Assembly (NCBI GenBank): GCA_964016885.1
Contig: OZ024756.1
Span: 20,460,001-20,524,000, forward strand
Reading direction: 5' to 3'
DNA from: Eledone cirrhosa
Lineage: Eukaryota
Length of the DNA stretch: 64,000 bases
The notes beneath the pieces are model-generated. The model ran no database searches. It saw only the letters and a program-made list of their open reading frames with translations, and was not told the origin of the DNA. This document shows, piece after piece, positions 1 to 13,451 of the stretch; the stretch's first letter is position 1; each line of letters starts with the position of its first letter. A program made the translations under genes and the position numbers.

Positions 1-224
1 AACATGGAGGAGGTTTTGAGGTTTGTTATTGTCTGTCTTGTTGTTGCTGATGATGTTGCTGTTGAATGTTGATGTTGGTTGTTGCTATTGTTGGTGGTTG
101 TTGTAGTTGTCTCCCCTGTTTCCTTTGAAGCTTTTTTTTACAGATAAAATGGTAAAAACCAAAACTAAACAAACAACAAGTATTCCTTGCTGTGATTTTT
201 AAGAGTATTTGTGCTTTTCAGTCT

Positions 225-324
225 TCAGTAGTGTAGGTACAGACTTGTTAAACCAATGGAGACGAATTGTAGCTGCGTTCTGAATGGGAGGGAAGACGAT
301 CTTGCTATCTTTAACCAACAATCT
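225..324 (-). CDS. Candidate terminal exon of an unidentified minus-strand transcript
   Basis: Polypyrimidine tract plus ttttgcag acceptor. One frame reads DCWLKIARSSSLPFRTQLQFVSIGLTSLYLHY*, another RLLVKDSKIVFPPIQNAATIRLHWFNKSVPTLLKTEKHKYS*. Unique sequence; no homolog recognised. Confidence 0.25.
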
Positions 325-392
325 CTGCAAAAGTAAAATAAATAAAATAAAATAAAATAAAATAAAATAAAATAAAATAATAATAATAATGA

Positions 393-785
393 TCTCTACT
401 ATAGGCACAAGGCCAAACTTTTAGGGAGGGGGGGGGGGGTCGATTTAATCGATCCCAGTGCATTACAGTACTTTATTTTATCGATCTCGAAAGGATGACA
501 GGCAAAGCAGACCAAGGCGGGATTTGAATTCAGGACATAAAGAGCTGGAATGAATGCCGCAAAGCATTTTCTCAAACACTTTAACGATTCTGCCAATCCA
601 CTGCCCTTAAATTGAAGGGGAGGGGAAAATCGATTAAATTGACCCCAGTGCATTACTGGCACTTTATTTTATCAACACTGTAAGGCAAAGCTAACCTCAG
701 CGTTATTTAAACTCAGATCGTAAAGGGCTGTAACTCTATGCTGTAACGCATGTTGTCCGATGCTCTACTGATTCTGCCAATCCTA
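393..785 (-). mobile_element. Two adjacent copies of tRNA-derived SINE family A
   Basis: Reverse complement has A-box (tggcagaatcg), B-box (gaattcaaatccc) and the central gcctgtcatcctttcgagatcgataaaataaagtac block shared by more than 20 copies in the window. Confidence 0.85.
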
Positions 786-1134
786 ATAATAATAATGGTC
801 TCTTAATTGGCCACAAGGGCCTACATATAGGGGACAAAAGACAGGGACAGTGGAGGGGTTTACAATCAAATCAAGTAAAAAAAATAAATACAACAATAAC
901 AATAAACATGGAAAAATAGAAAGAACAGAATTCCCCAATAGAGGAGGGGGGGCTACAGGGGTGACTCTGGTAGCCCAGCAATCCTAAACCAATCGTTGTG
1001 AGTAGATCTGGGTAAATGGAAACTTGAAATGGACTGTACATGTAATTCAATGTATTGTGTCATGCCAGATCTCCCTGAGAAGTGTGTTGACCAAACAATT
1101 GGAACACACATCATTGATACATGACAGATATCCA

Positions 1135-1863
1135 TTAACCTTTTAGCATTAACCATTTACAATACTCTACTAGCCAAAGAGCCCGTCGTTGCTGGGCACA
1201 TCTCGTTCTCTCTCGCCCTCCACTGTTGCCAGTTAATAAAGACCTACCTCAACCCGTCTGTATTTTTCTACTAACACTGCTACCACGTCTGTCTTCCCCC
1301 ACCTTCACCACAGTCAATAAAGACCCCCCCCCCCCACCCCGGTGCTCCAGGAGCTTAAATAACATATGTATCAAATTTGAACAAAATCGGATGGAAACTG
1401 TGGAAATGCATCGCCTGCATACTGATGGACAGAGAGACAGATATTTTCGTTTTTATATAGATATTTACTATTGTATTTTCACAGTAAAGGTTTTTCCTCA
1501 CATAATATCGAATCTATGAGATTTTGATATTATGTATTTTGAGAACAGTACCTTAACATCATTATGAACAGCTGGTTACAGCTGGTTTGAACAGAAAGAA
1601 ATGAGAGAATTCTGGCTGGTTTAAGTGCTAAACGGGTTAACTCTAACATTTACATTAGTCTATATTTACTATTGTATTTTTGCGGTAAAGGTTTTACCTC
1701 ACATAATTATCTTACATAATATCGAATCTATGAGATTGTGATATTATGTATTTTGAGAACTGTACCTTAACATCAGTATGAGCAGCCAGTTATGGCCAGT
1801 TTGAACAGAAAGGGGTGAGAGAATTCTGGCCGGATATGGCCGGTTTAAATGCTAAAGAGTTAA
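1135..1863. mobile_element. piggyBac-like MITE, two tandem copies, the first interrupted by a Helitron-like element
   Basis: Ends ttaaccttttagcatt ... aatgctaaagagttaa (TTAA-flanked TIR). Internal sequence matches copies at 8563, 53212 and 58947. Confidence 0.7.
1170..1461 (-). mobile_element. Non-autonomous Helitron-like element
   Basis: On the minus strand it starts TC(tatata) and ends with hairpin gcccagcaacgacgggc plus CTAG. Inserted between A1169 and T1462 with no TSD, and removing it restores the MITE. Confidence 0.7.
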
Positions 1864-1906
1864 GTTTGTGAGCCGAAGTTCCACTATGATTTATATTTCA
1901 CTCTTT

Positions 1907-4900
1907 TAAAGTGGACGTGTAAAGGACACGGCAAAACGCACCCAGCCCACACTGTAAAGTGGACAGTGTAAAGGACACGGCAAAACGCACCCAGCCCACA
2001 CTGTAAAGTGGACAGTGTAAAGGACACGGCAAAACGCACCCAGCCCACACTGTAAAGTGGACAGTGTAAAGGACACGGCAAAACGCACCCAGCCCACACT
2101 GTAAAGTGGACAGTGTAAAGGACACGGCAAAACGCACCCAGCCCACACTGTAAAGTGGACAGTGTAAAGGACACGGCAAAACGCACCCAGCCCACACTGT
2201 AAAGTGGACAGTGTAAAGGACACGGCAAAACGCACCCAGCCCACACTGTAAAGTGGACAGTGTAAAGGACACGGCAAAACGCACCCAGCCCACACTGTAA
2301 AGTGGACAGTGTAAAGGACACGGCAAAACGCACCCAGCCCACACTGTAAAGTGGACAGTGTAAAGGACACGGCAAAACGCACCCAGCCCACACTGTAAAG
2401 TGGACAGTGTAAAGGACACGGCAAAACGCACCCAGCCCACACTGTAAAGTGGACAGTGTAAAGGACACGGCAAAACGCACCCAGCCCACACTGTAAAGTG
2501 GACAGTGTAAAGGACACGGCAAAACGCACCCAGCCCACACTGTAAAGTGGACAGTGTAAAGGACACGGCAAAACGCACCCAGCCCACACTGTAAAGTGGA
2601 CAGTGTAAAGGACACGGCAAAACGCACCCAACCCACACTGTAAAGTGGACAGTGTAAAGGACACGGCAAAACGCACCCAGCCCACACTGTAAAGTGGACA
2701 GTGTAAAGGACACGGCAAAAAGCACCCAGCCCACACTGTCAATGTGGACAGTGTAAAAGACACGGCAAAACGCACCCAGCCCACACTGTAAAGTGGACAG
2801 TGTAAAGGACACGGCAAAACGCACCCAGCCCACACTGTAAAGTGGACAGTGTAAAGGACACGGCAAAACGCACCCAGCCCACACTGTAAAGTGGACAGTG
2901 TAAAGGACACGGCAAAACGCACCCAGCCCACACTGTAAAGTGGACAGTGTAAAGGACACGGCAAAACGCACCCAGCCCACACTGTAAAGTGGACAGTGTA
3001 AAGGACACGGCAAAACGCACCCAGCCCACACTGTAAAGTGGACAGTGTAAAGGACACGGCAAAACGCACCCAGCCCACACTGTAAAGTGGACAGTGTAAA
3101 GGACACGGCAAAACGCACCCAGCCCACACTGTAAAGTGGACAGTGTAAAGGACACGGCAAAACGCACCCAGCCCACACTGTAAAGTGGACAGTGTAAAGG
3201 ACACGGCAAAACGCACCCAGCCCACACTGTAAAGTGGACAGTGTAAAGGACACGGCAAAACGCACCCAGCCCACACTGTAAAGTGGACAGTGTAAAGGAC
3301 ACGGCAAAACGCACCCAGCCCACACTGTAAAGTGGACAGTGTAAAGGACACGGCAAAACGCACCCAGCCCACACTGTAAAGTGGACAGTGTAAAGGACAC
3401 GGCAAAACGCACCCAGCCCACACTGTAAAGTGGACAGTGTAAAGGACACGGCAAAACGCACCCAACCCACACTGTAAAGTGGACAGTGTAAAGGACACGG
3501 CAAAACGCACCCAGCCCACACTGTAAAGTGGACAGTGTAAAGGACACGGCAAAAAGCACCCAGCCCACACTGTCAATGTGGACAGTGTAAAAGACACGGC
3601 AAAACGCACCCAGCCCACACTGTAAAGTGGACAGTGTAAAGGACACGGCAAAACGCACCCAGCCCACACTGTAAAGTGGACAGTGTAAAGGACACGGCAA
3701 AACGCACCCAGCCCACACTGTAAAGTGGACAGTGTAAAGGACACGGCAAAACGCACCCAGCCCACACTGTAAAGTGGACAGTGTAAAGGACACGGCAAAA
3801 CGCACCCAGCCCACACTGTAAAGTGGACAGTGTAAAGGACACGGCAAAACGCACCCAACCCACACTGTAAAGTGGACAGTGTAAAGGACACGGCAAAACG
3901 CACCCAGCCCACACTGTAAAGTGGACAGTGTAAAGGACACGGCAAAAAGCACCCAGCCCACACTGTCAATGTGGACAGTGTAAAAGACACGGCAAAACGC
4001 ACCCAGCCCACACTGTAAAGTGGACAGTGTAAAGGACACGGCAAAACGCACCCAGCCCACACTGTAAAGTGGACAGTGTAAAGGACACGGCAAAACGCAC
4101 CCAGCCCACACTGTAAAGTGGACAGTGTAAAGGACACGGCAAAACGCACCCAGCCCACACTGTAAAGTGGACAGTGTAAAGGACACGGCAAAACGCACCC
4201 AGCCCACACTGTAAAGTGGACAGTGTAAAGGACACGGCAAAACGCACCCAGCCCACACTGTAAAGTGGACAGTGTAAAGGACACGGCAAAACGCACCCAG
4301 CCCACACTGTAAAGTGGACAGTGTAAAGGACACGGCAAAACGCACCCAGCCCACACTGTAAAGTGGACAGTGTAAAGGACACGGCAAAACGCACCCAGCC
4401 CACACTGTAAAGTGGACAGTGTAAAGGACACGGCAAAACGCACCCAGCCCACACTGTAAAGTGGACAGTGTAAAGGACACGGCAAAACGCACCCAGCCCA
4501 CACTGTAAAGTGGACAGTGTAAAGGACACGGCAAAACGCACCCAGCCCACACTGTAAAGTGGACAGTGTAAAGGACACGGCAAAACGCACCCAGCCCACA
4601 CTGTAAAGTGGACAGTGTAAAGGACACGGCAAAACGCACCCAACCCACACTGTAAAGTGGACAGTGTAAAGGACACGGCAAAACGCACCCAGCCCACACT
4701 GTAAAGTGGACAGTGTAAAGGACACGGCAAAAAGCACCCAGCCCACACTGTCAATGTGGACAGTGTAAAAGACACGGCAAAACGCACCCAGCCCACACTG
4801 TAAAGTGGACAGTGTAAAGGACACGGCAAAACGCACCCAGCCCACACTGTAAAGTGGACAGTGTAAAGGACACGGCAAAAAGCACCCAGCCCACACTGTC

Positions 4901-5200
4901 AATGTGGACAGTGTAAAAGACACGGCAAAACGCACCCAGCCCACACTGTAAAGTGGACAGTGTAAAGGACACGGCAAAACGCACCCAGCCCACACTGTAA
5001 AGTGGACAGTGTAAAGGACACGGCAAAACGCACCCAGCCCACACTGTAAAGTGGACAGTGTAAAGGACACGGCAAAACGCACCCAGCCCACACTGTAAAG
5101 TGGACAGTGTAAAGGACACGGCAAAACGCACCCAGCCCACACTGTAAAGTGGACAGTGTAAAGGACACGGCAAAAAGCACCCAGCCCACACTGTCAATGT
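1907..5200 (+). repeat. 49-bp tandem array, about 67 units
   Basis: Unit gtaaagtggacagtgtaaaggacacggcaaaacgcacccagcccacact, near-identical copies with recurrent variant units. Confidence 0.98.
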
Positions 5201-5340
5201 GGTTGGCGTTAGGAAGGGCATCCAGCTATAGAAAATCAGCCAGAAACACCCCTATATGAGCGAGACACGGTCACCCGATCCAACTTGCCTCAAAATAGTA
5301 CCCGTTTAACCCGTGCTAGCGTGGAAGATGGACGTTAATC

Positions 5341-5375
<35 letters not shown>
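5195..5375 (+). mobile_element. SINE 3' module with (GAT)n tail, contiguous with the 49-bp array
   Basis: gtggttggcgttaggaagggcatccagct...ggacgttaatc(gat)n matches the tails at 6120-6255, 7170-7342 and 26790-26922. Confidence 0.85.
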
Positions 5376-5376
<1 letters not shown>

Positions 5377-5725
5377 TGCTCAGTATGAGCAGCTGGTCAC
5401 AGCTGGTTTTAACAGAAAGAGGTGAAATATTCTGGCCAGATACAGCTGCTTTAAATGGGTTAAACTCAATCAAACATTATATTTCCTAGCACCAATCATT
5501 TATGTAAATAAACCTATTGTTTCACTGTATATATATGTATAATAGAAGTTTGTTGACTCATTAATCAAATACATTATTGCCTACTATTAATTTATATGTA
5601 AATAAAGCTACATTATATTCACACACACACACACACACACACATTATATATGTATATATATATATGTGTATATATATATATACACACACACCAAACACAC
5701 ACACATATATATATACATACACACA

Positions 5726-6257
<532 letters not shown>

Positions 6258-6309
6258 ACACACACACATGTATATATATATACACACACACATGTATATA
6301 TATACACAC

Positions 6310-6342
<33 letters not shown>

Positions 6343-6476
6343 TATATATGTATATATATATATACACACACCACACACACACATATATATATATACATAC
6401 ACACAGACATATGTGTATATATATATACATACACCACACACACACACATATATATATACATACACGCAGACATATG

Positions 6477-6507
<31 letters not shown>

Positions 6508-6509
<2 letters not shown>

Positions 6510-6830
6510 CGCTGGATGTGTAATAGTAATATACGTGAACGGCTAAGCATAAACGAACTAAGGAAAAAATTAGAAATAAGAGGGATCAGATGTTGTTTAC
6601 TCGAGAGAAAGCTACGTTGGTATGGTCACGTGATACGCATGAAAGACGACAGCTGTATAACAAAGTGCAGGGCAATAAAGATAGACGGTAGCCACGGAGT
6701 AGGCAGACCCAGAAAAACCTGGGACGACATGATAAATTCCGACCTCACACGCTTACACCTCTCCAAGACAATGTCACTGGACCGAGACCTTTGGCGGTAC
6801 TCAGTAATAGAGAAGACCCGCCTTACCTAA
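6508..6830 (+). mobile_element. RTE-type LINE ORF2 C-terminal fragment
   Basis: ...ERKLRWYGHVIRM...GRPRKTWDDMINSDL...DRDLWR motifs typical of RTE-clade C-termini. A second copy lies at 34172-34274. Confidence 0.85.
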
Positions 6831-6989
6831 ATACAAAGTAAAACCTACTACAGTCAGTAGGCATCTCTAACAAAATACACCCCCGTCCCACCACCCCCAC
6901 CCCATCCACACCGCCCCCCTTCTATGTAAAGTTATGTTGGTGCCACACCATCCAGGCCGAAACAAATGAGATCGTGTAGGTGTCACGAC

Positions 6990-7342
6990 AAAAAAAACAC
7001 ACAGTCCACGCTGTAATGTGGCCGTGTAGGCAACACGGTAAAAACCTCCCAGCCCCACACTGTAAATGTGGTTGGTGTTAGGAAGGGCATCCAGCTGTAG
7101 AAAACCCGCCAGACAGTCCACGCTGTAATGTGGCCGTGTAGGCAACACGGTAAAAACCTCCCAGCACCACACTGTAAATGTGGTTGGTGTTAGGAAGGGC
7201 ATCCAGCTGTAGAAAACCCGCCAGACAGTCCTATGCGAGCAAGACAATCACTCTTGCCTCAAGTGGGAAAACCCCCGTCCAAACCCATGCAAGCGTGGAA
7301 CACGGACGTTAAACGTTGATGATGATGATGATGATGATGATG
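6990..7342 (+). mobile_element. SINE 3' module with an internal duplication of about 110 bp
   Basis: acagtccacgctgtaatgtggccg...gaaaacccgccag occurs twice, followed by (GAT)n. Confidence 0.8.
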
Positions 7343-7383
7343 ACACCACACACACACACATATATATATACATACACACAGAC

Positions 7384-7464
<81 letters not shown>

Positions 7465-8001
7465 TGTATATATATATATACACACGCATATATACATACA
7501 CACACACATATGTGTTTGTATATATATATGTATATATATATATATATATACACACATATATATATACACATACATATATATACATACACACACATATATA
7601 TATATACACATACATATATATATATACACATACATATATATATATACACATACATATATGTGTATATATATATATACACATATATATATATATATGCACA
7701 CACACACACACACCTATATGTGTATGTGTGTGTGTGTATGTAGAGGTAAATTGTTATATATAACTTTACAAGGCCTACCTTTGAATAATGACAAATTTAC
7801 CAAACATGTTACTTCCTAATTCCAGTCTTTTGTAAATAAAACATTTTCAACACACACACACCAGTATACTTACACCCACACACACCATCATACTTACACC
7901 TACATACATATACACACACCACATACACCCACACATGCATACACACACACATATATACAAATGTAAATTGCTGATGAATTAATCAAACATTATTTTCTGA
8001 T

Positions 8002-8190
8002 GTGGTGGATTGGCAGTATCGGTAGAGGGTCGGACACCATGTTTTCTAGCATAGTTACGTCCCTTTACGATCTGAGTTCAAATCCCGCCGAGGTTGACTT
8101 TGCCTTTCATCCTTACGGGGTCGATAAAATAAAGTATCAGTAATGCACTGGGTAATTGCTGGCCTTGTGCCTAACGTAGAAACAATTATT
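8002..8190 (+). mobile_element. SINE family A
   Basis: Full head-to-tail match to the family consensus seen in the window. Confidence 0.9.
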
Positions 8191-8348
8191 TTCTGATGTG
8201 GTGACAATGGTGGTGGTGGTGGTGGTGGAGGTGGCATTGGTGTTGGTAGTAATGGTGGTGGTGGTGGTGGTGGTACTGGTGGTGGTGAAATCGTCCCTGC
8301 TTTTTTGATATAAAACCATTTGTTTCAATGTGTTTTTTTTTTAATCTA

Positions 8349-8880
8349 AAACCTTCCATCATAATTTTATGGAAGAACCTTTGTTAAGTTACACACCTGA
8401 AACCTTACATCATAATTTTATAGAAGAACCTTTGTTAAGTGATGCTCCTTAAACCTTCCATCATAATCTAATAGAAAAACCTTTGTTAAGTTACGATCCT
8501 TAAACCTTCCATCATAATTTTATAGAAGAACCTTTGTTAAGTTACACTCCTAAAACCTTCCGTATTTACTATTGTATTTTAGTGGTAAAGGTTTTATCTC
8601 ATATAAATATCTCACATAATATTGAACCTATGAGATTTTGATGTTATTAATTTTGAGAACAATACCTTAACATCAGTATGAGCGGCCAGTTACAGCAAGT
8701 TTTAACAGAAAGAGGTGAGAGAATTCTGGCCGGATACAGCTGGTTTAAATGCTAAAGGGTTAAGTTACGCTCCTGAAACTTTCCATCATAGTTATATGGA
8801 AAACCTTTATTAAGCTATGCTCCCGATACTTTCATAAAATGAAAGTTTCAGAGGAACATTTGTTGAGTTACATTCCAAAG
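8349..8880 (+). repeat. 51-bp tandem repeat interrupted by a piggyBac-like MITE fragment (8563-8762)
   Basis: aaaccttccatcataattttat recurs at 8349, 8400, 8451, 8502 and 8553, and resumes after aaagggttaa at 8762. Confidence 0.85.
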
Positions 8881-9537
8881 AGCAGCTTAATAATGAGAAT
8901 CATTCCAAATTGTTGATTATTTTTCAAAATGATTTGAGACTCCATTACCATGTTTCTAATGAAAAAGACACACTGGCTATCTTCTGTCTTCCATTAGAAG
9001 CCTGGTAACGAAGGAGATAAATAACTACACATGACACATTAGATACCGTAGTCATGGCGACCAATGACAGGTCTGCTCAATCAAGGTTGACCTGGGGCTA
9101 AACAACAACAGCAATGGCTGACCTTTAACCACTTACACATCACGTGCACCACAAACACACGAACACACAAACACACACACACACATCACGTACACACCAG
9201 CCCCTCCAATTCCCTCTTGAAAGAAAATTAATAATTAAGTCATAACATACTTGAAACATTAGAAGTTGAAACATGCTTAAACTGTATAATTGTGACCTGT
9301 GACATGTGACCTGCAACCTCTAAGAGCCTTGCAACAAATACTTGAAATTCCTGCAGATTTGAAAATTACATAAACCTGTATGTAGTGTGTCCTGTCTGCG
9401 AGATATGGAGTGGAGGGGGAATTTGATGATTTTTATCTTAATATCTTAATCCAAGCCGAAAGGAAAAATACCAACACCACATATTTTAAATGTGTATATC
9501 GATGTGTAGGTATGAATTTATATCTAAACGTACATAC

Positions 9538-9595
<58 letters not shown>

Positions 9596-9637
9596 ACATA
9601 TACATACACACACCTATATATATATATAGTGAAATAA

Positions 9638-9905
9638 AGTGTCTTGTGTTGTTTCCTTGAGCAAGACACTTTATTTCCCATTGCTCCAGTTTACTCAACT
9701 GTAGAAATGAGATGATAGGGACTGGGGTCCATGTCATTCCACTGCAAAGTGGTCGTGGAGGTGCCACGGCAAAAAAAGCACCCAGCACTCACTGTAAATG
9801 AGGTTGGTGTTAGGAAGGGCATCCAGCTGTAGAAATCAAGCCAGAATCAGTTCCCGTCCCACCCTTGCAAGCAGGGAAAAGCAGACATAAAATGATGATG
9901 ATGAT
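9638..9905 (+). mobile_element. SINE family B, 5'-truncated
   Basis: Near-identical to 5980-6257. Confidence 0.85.
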
Positions 9906-9973
9906 ATATATATATATATATAGAAATGGCTTTCTACAGGACTAGAACTGTTTCATTCGGGAGAAATCATCAG

Positions 9974-10024
9974 GGCTTCCTGACGATTTCTCCTGAATGA
10001 AACAGTTCTAGTCCTGTAGAAGCC
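9974..10024 (+). ncRNA. Type-I hammerhead ribozyme motif with a closed helix III (family 1)
   Basis: ggcttc-CTGACGA-t.ttc-tcct-gaa.t-GAAA-cag-ttctagtc-ctg-TA-gaagcc: 6-bp helix I, GUA triplet. It is the right arm of a palindrome at 9921-10032. Confidence 0.8.
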
Positions 10025-10102
10025 ATTTCTATATTAAATATTTATACTCTGCTATGCAGTGAGTACCTTACTTACTGTGGCTACCCCCGATTGAACTCGG
10101 TG

Positions 10103-10183
<81 letters not shown>

Positions 10184-10275
10184 ATGTGCAGTTACTGTAG
10201 GTTCACCTGAGTGAGCACTCGATGTGTAGTTTCCCGCCTGTAAAGAGGTGTAGAACTAAACAGAGTGTAATTATA

Positions 10276-10466
10276 ATAATTGTTTCTACTTTAGGCACAA
10301 GGCCAGCAATTACCCAGTACATTACTGGTACTTTATTTTATCGACCCCCGTAAGGATGAAAGGCAAAGTCAACCTCGGCGGGATTTGAACTCAGATCGTA
10401 AAGGGACGTAACTATGCTGGAAAGCATGGTGTCCGACCCTCTACCGATACTGCTAATCCACCGCCC
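10276..10466 (-). mobile_element. SINE family A
   Basis: Full-length reverse copy. Confidence 0.9.
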
Positions 10467-10485
10467 TTTGTAATTATAATAATAA

Positions 10486-10727
10486 AAGGAAGATTTGTTA
10501 TGTCTTCATTACGTTTAGTGAGTAGTGACGCGTGTTTTGCTATTGATCAGCTCAAGGTTCGATCTGTATCGATCTAACCCAATTCTGTCATTACCACAGA
10601 AGAGGTCCGACGAGCTTTTAATTCCAGAGTCAGGCTAGATCAATACAGACCAAACCTTGAGCTGATCAATAGTGAATCACGCATCACTTCTCAATAAGCA
10701 TAATGAAGACATAACAAATTGTCCTTG
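10486..10727. mobile_element. Diverged inverted repeat of a Penelope-like terminal fragment with a decayed hammerhead (family 3)
   Basis: Arms about 10486-10588 and 10625-10727. The same family occurs at 32850, 44370 and 52780. Confidence 0.65.
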
Positions 10728-10824
10728 TATTGTTATATATATATATATATATATTTCACACACATACATATATATAATAAATAAGAGAGACGGTTTTATT
10801 CGTACATCCTCATTTATTTACTAG

Positions 10825-10860
10825 TTTGTTATACGTATTTCCACGATATCTTCAGACGAA
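10825..10860 (-). ncRNA. Minimal hammerhead-like motif
   Basis: ttcgt-CTGAAGA-tatcgtg-GAAA-tacgta-TA-acaaa. Palindromic helix III ATACGTAT; helix II is very short. Confidence 0.5.
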
Positions 10861-11142
10861 ACGAGATGTAATTTTCCATTGATATGCTACTAGTCCGATG
10901 TGTTGTTAACCTCGCCGACCAGTACTCATGTGGAGTGCTTCACGTCTGTTTAAGAATAAGTCAGATTTTTGATCAACCAACTTTATATATATATATATAT
11001 AAATATATATATATGCGCCACCAGTTCTTTGAGAAAACAACACCACACTTCGGTTCGGGACAGGGCACATTAAGGGACCGAAATAATGGAGGTAAACTTT
11101 GTTCCATCATTATGTTTTTCTGTTTTTTCAGTTCAAGTTCTA

Positions 11143-11201
11143 GCTGTCTGATGAAGTCATAGCTGTTGAATAATGGCTATCACCGAAATATATATTACAG
11201 C
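11143..11201 (+). ncRNA. Type-I minimal hammerhead (family 2, C-C mismatch class)
   Basis: gctgt-CTGATGA-agtcatagc..gctatcacc-GAAA-tatata-TT-acagc. Confidence 0.75.
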
Positions 11202-11710
11202 GAATATGAATAAACAAAGTTAATTTTAACCTTGCTTTTTATATATATATAGATAGATAGATAGATGTGTGTGTGTATGTGTGTGTGTGTATGTATAGTA
11301 AGTCCTGACCTTACGAACATCCTACTTATGAACTTCTACAGATACAAACTGTCTCACAAAGAAACGAGAAATATTTTGTCTGGGTCTGTTTTTGTGGGCT
11401 CTTTCGGGCCCTGGGTTCCTTCTTTTGCAGCATAAAATCAAGCAGAAATCGTACCCACTGCATGGGATAGATAGACAGAAAGATAGATAGATAGATGGAT
11501 AGATAAATGGACGGACAAATAGATAGAAAGAGAGATAGATAGATAGACATACAGGTAGATAGACAGAGACATAGATAGAATAACAGACAGACAGGCAGAC
11601 ATACAGATAGATAGATACACAGGCAGACATACATACAGACACATAGATAGAAAGATAGATAGACAAACACACAGAGACAGACAGACAGGCAAACATATGT
11701 ACATACATAA

Positions 11711-11743
<33 letters not shown>

Positions 11744-11970
11744 GGTAGGTAGGTAGAACAAAGTCATGGTAATTTAGTAGATATACGTCTGATAATAAAA
11801 TAATTAAAGGATAATATGGAAGAAAATTATTGTGATTGATTTCAATGACTATGAAATGAAATATGACAACAGCTGGAATGATAGGTGGGAGGGGGGGAGG
11901 TGCTTGAGGATTAAAATATCTTTACAGAGAATATTGTAATCAAGGAAATATTAAACTTTTTATTATAAAC

Positions 11971-12677
11971 CAGTGATTCCCAACATGGGGCTCACAGCCC
12001 AACAGGGGAGCAATTTGAATATGATGTTAAGGAGAGCAAACTTCAGGTTTTTATCTTATTACTTTTACACCAAGGCAACTTTGGAACAAATTATAGTCGA
12101 AAACTCCTGTCTCGCTTCCTTCACATGTTATTGTACATCTGGCATCACCTACACCAAGGTAACTTTGGAACCAAATTACTGTCGAAAACTCCTGTCTCAC
12201 CTCCACACATTATTGTGTACCTCACACCACCTACACCAAGTAACTTTAGAACAAAGTACTGTCAAAAACTCAAGTCTCACCTCCACACATTATTGTGTAC
12301 CTGACACCACCTACACCAAGGTAACTTTGGAACAAATTACTGTCGAAAACTCCTGTCTCACCTCCACACATTATTGTGTACCTGACACCACCTACACCAA
12401 GGTAACTTTGGAACAAATTACTGTCGAAAACTCCTGTCTCACCTCCACACATTATTGTGTACCTGACACCACCTACACCAAGGTAACTTTGGAACAAATT
12501 ACTATCAGAAACTCCTGTCTCACTTCCTCCACACATGTTATTGCGCATCTGACACCACCATACGCCAATTTGTTTACACTTTGTAGTTAATCATCGCTGC
12601 TTTTATATCAAAGTGGGGCATAAAAATGTTTGAGATGTTGAGGTAGGGCATGGGGCACAAAAGGTTGGGAACCACTG
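11971..12677. mobile_element. hAT-like non-autonomous element enclosing a 66-bp tandem array (about 12065-12560)
   Basis: TIRs cagtgattcccaac / gttgggaaccactg, flanked by the similar 8-mers ttataaac and ctgtaaac. About 7 copies of a 66-bp unit inside. Confidence 0.6.
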
Positions 12678-12867
12678 CTGTAAACCCTGTCATTTTTAAT
12701 GAGTATACAAGGAGCAGAGGTCGTAGGAGCACCGCAGTGAAATACAGCGTTTCTTAGGGCATTTTTTAAAACCTGGCAGAGCCCATCTCCTCTCCAGATC
12801 TGAATATAGCAGATTTCTTCTGGAGAAGGAATGAGAGTGAGAGAATGAAGATGAGAAAGAGATATAG

Positions 12868-13027
12868 AGGGAAAAGTCAACCCTAGTACTTGACTGGTAC
12901 TTTTTTTATCGACCTCAAAAGGATGAAAGGCAAAGTAAACCTCAGTGAGATTTGAACTCAGATAGCAGAGAGCCAGAACGAATACCATAAAGCATTCTAC
13001 CCGCCGGTGTTTTAACAACTCTGCCAA
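12868..13027 (-). mobile_element. SINE family A, diverged
   Basis: Central block and B-box on the reverse strand. Confidence 0.75.
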
Positions 13028-13032
13028 TTTGG

Positions 13033-13245
<213 letters not shown>

Positions 13246-13327
13246 AAGTTATATTTAAAATTGTTGGGTTACAACTAGTAAATATTTATAACTGATATAA
13301 AAGCACTCGACTATATATATATAGTGA

Positions 13328-13446
13328 AGGTGTGTGGCTGATTGGTTAGAGAACTGGATTCACAATCGTGAGGTTGTCAGAGTTCGATTCCTGGACCAGG
13401 CGATGTGTTATGTCCTTGAGCAAGACACTTTATTTTACGTTGCTCC
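13328..13446 (+). mobile_element. SINE family B head fragment
   Basis: A/B boxes and gtccttgagcaagacact. Confidence 0.75.
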
Positions 13447-13451
13447 TTCTA

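Noticed and set aside
959-990. GDSGSP, similar to the serine protease motif
   Set aside because: Stop seven codons later, G-rich rather than pyrimidine-rich acceptor context, and adjacent to an apparent LINE 3' remnant.
1884-5221. ORFs up to 1078 aa (Cys-rich repeats) and a CRISPR-like appearance
   Set aside because: Artefact of a 49-bp unit lacking minus-strand stops. The units are contiguous with no unique spacers and derive from a SINE.
11295-11465. Short ORFs in a unique-looking segment
   Set aside because: Begins with a Tigger/pogo-like terminus (agtaagtcctgaccttacgaac); the ORFs extend into a tetranucleotide repeat.
12700-12825. Possible minus-strand exon
   Set aside because: Homologous to 59770-59878 within the window, so probably an interspersed repeat fragment.
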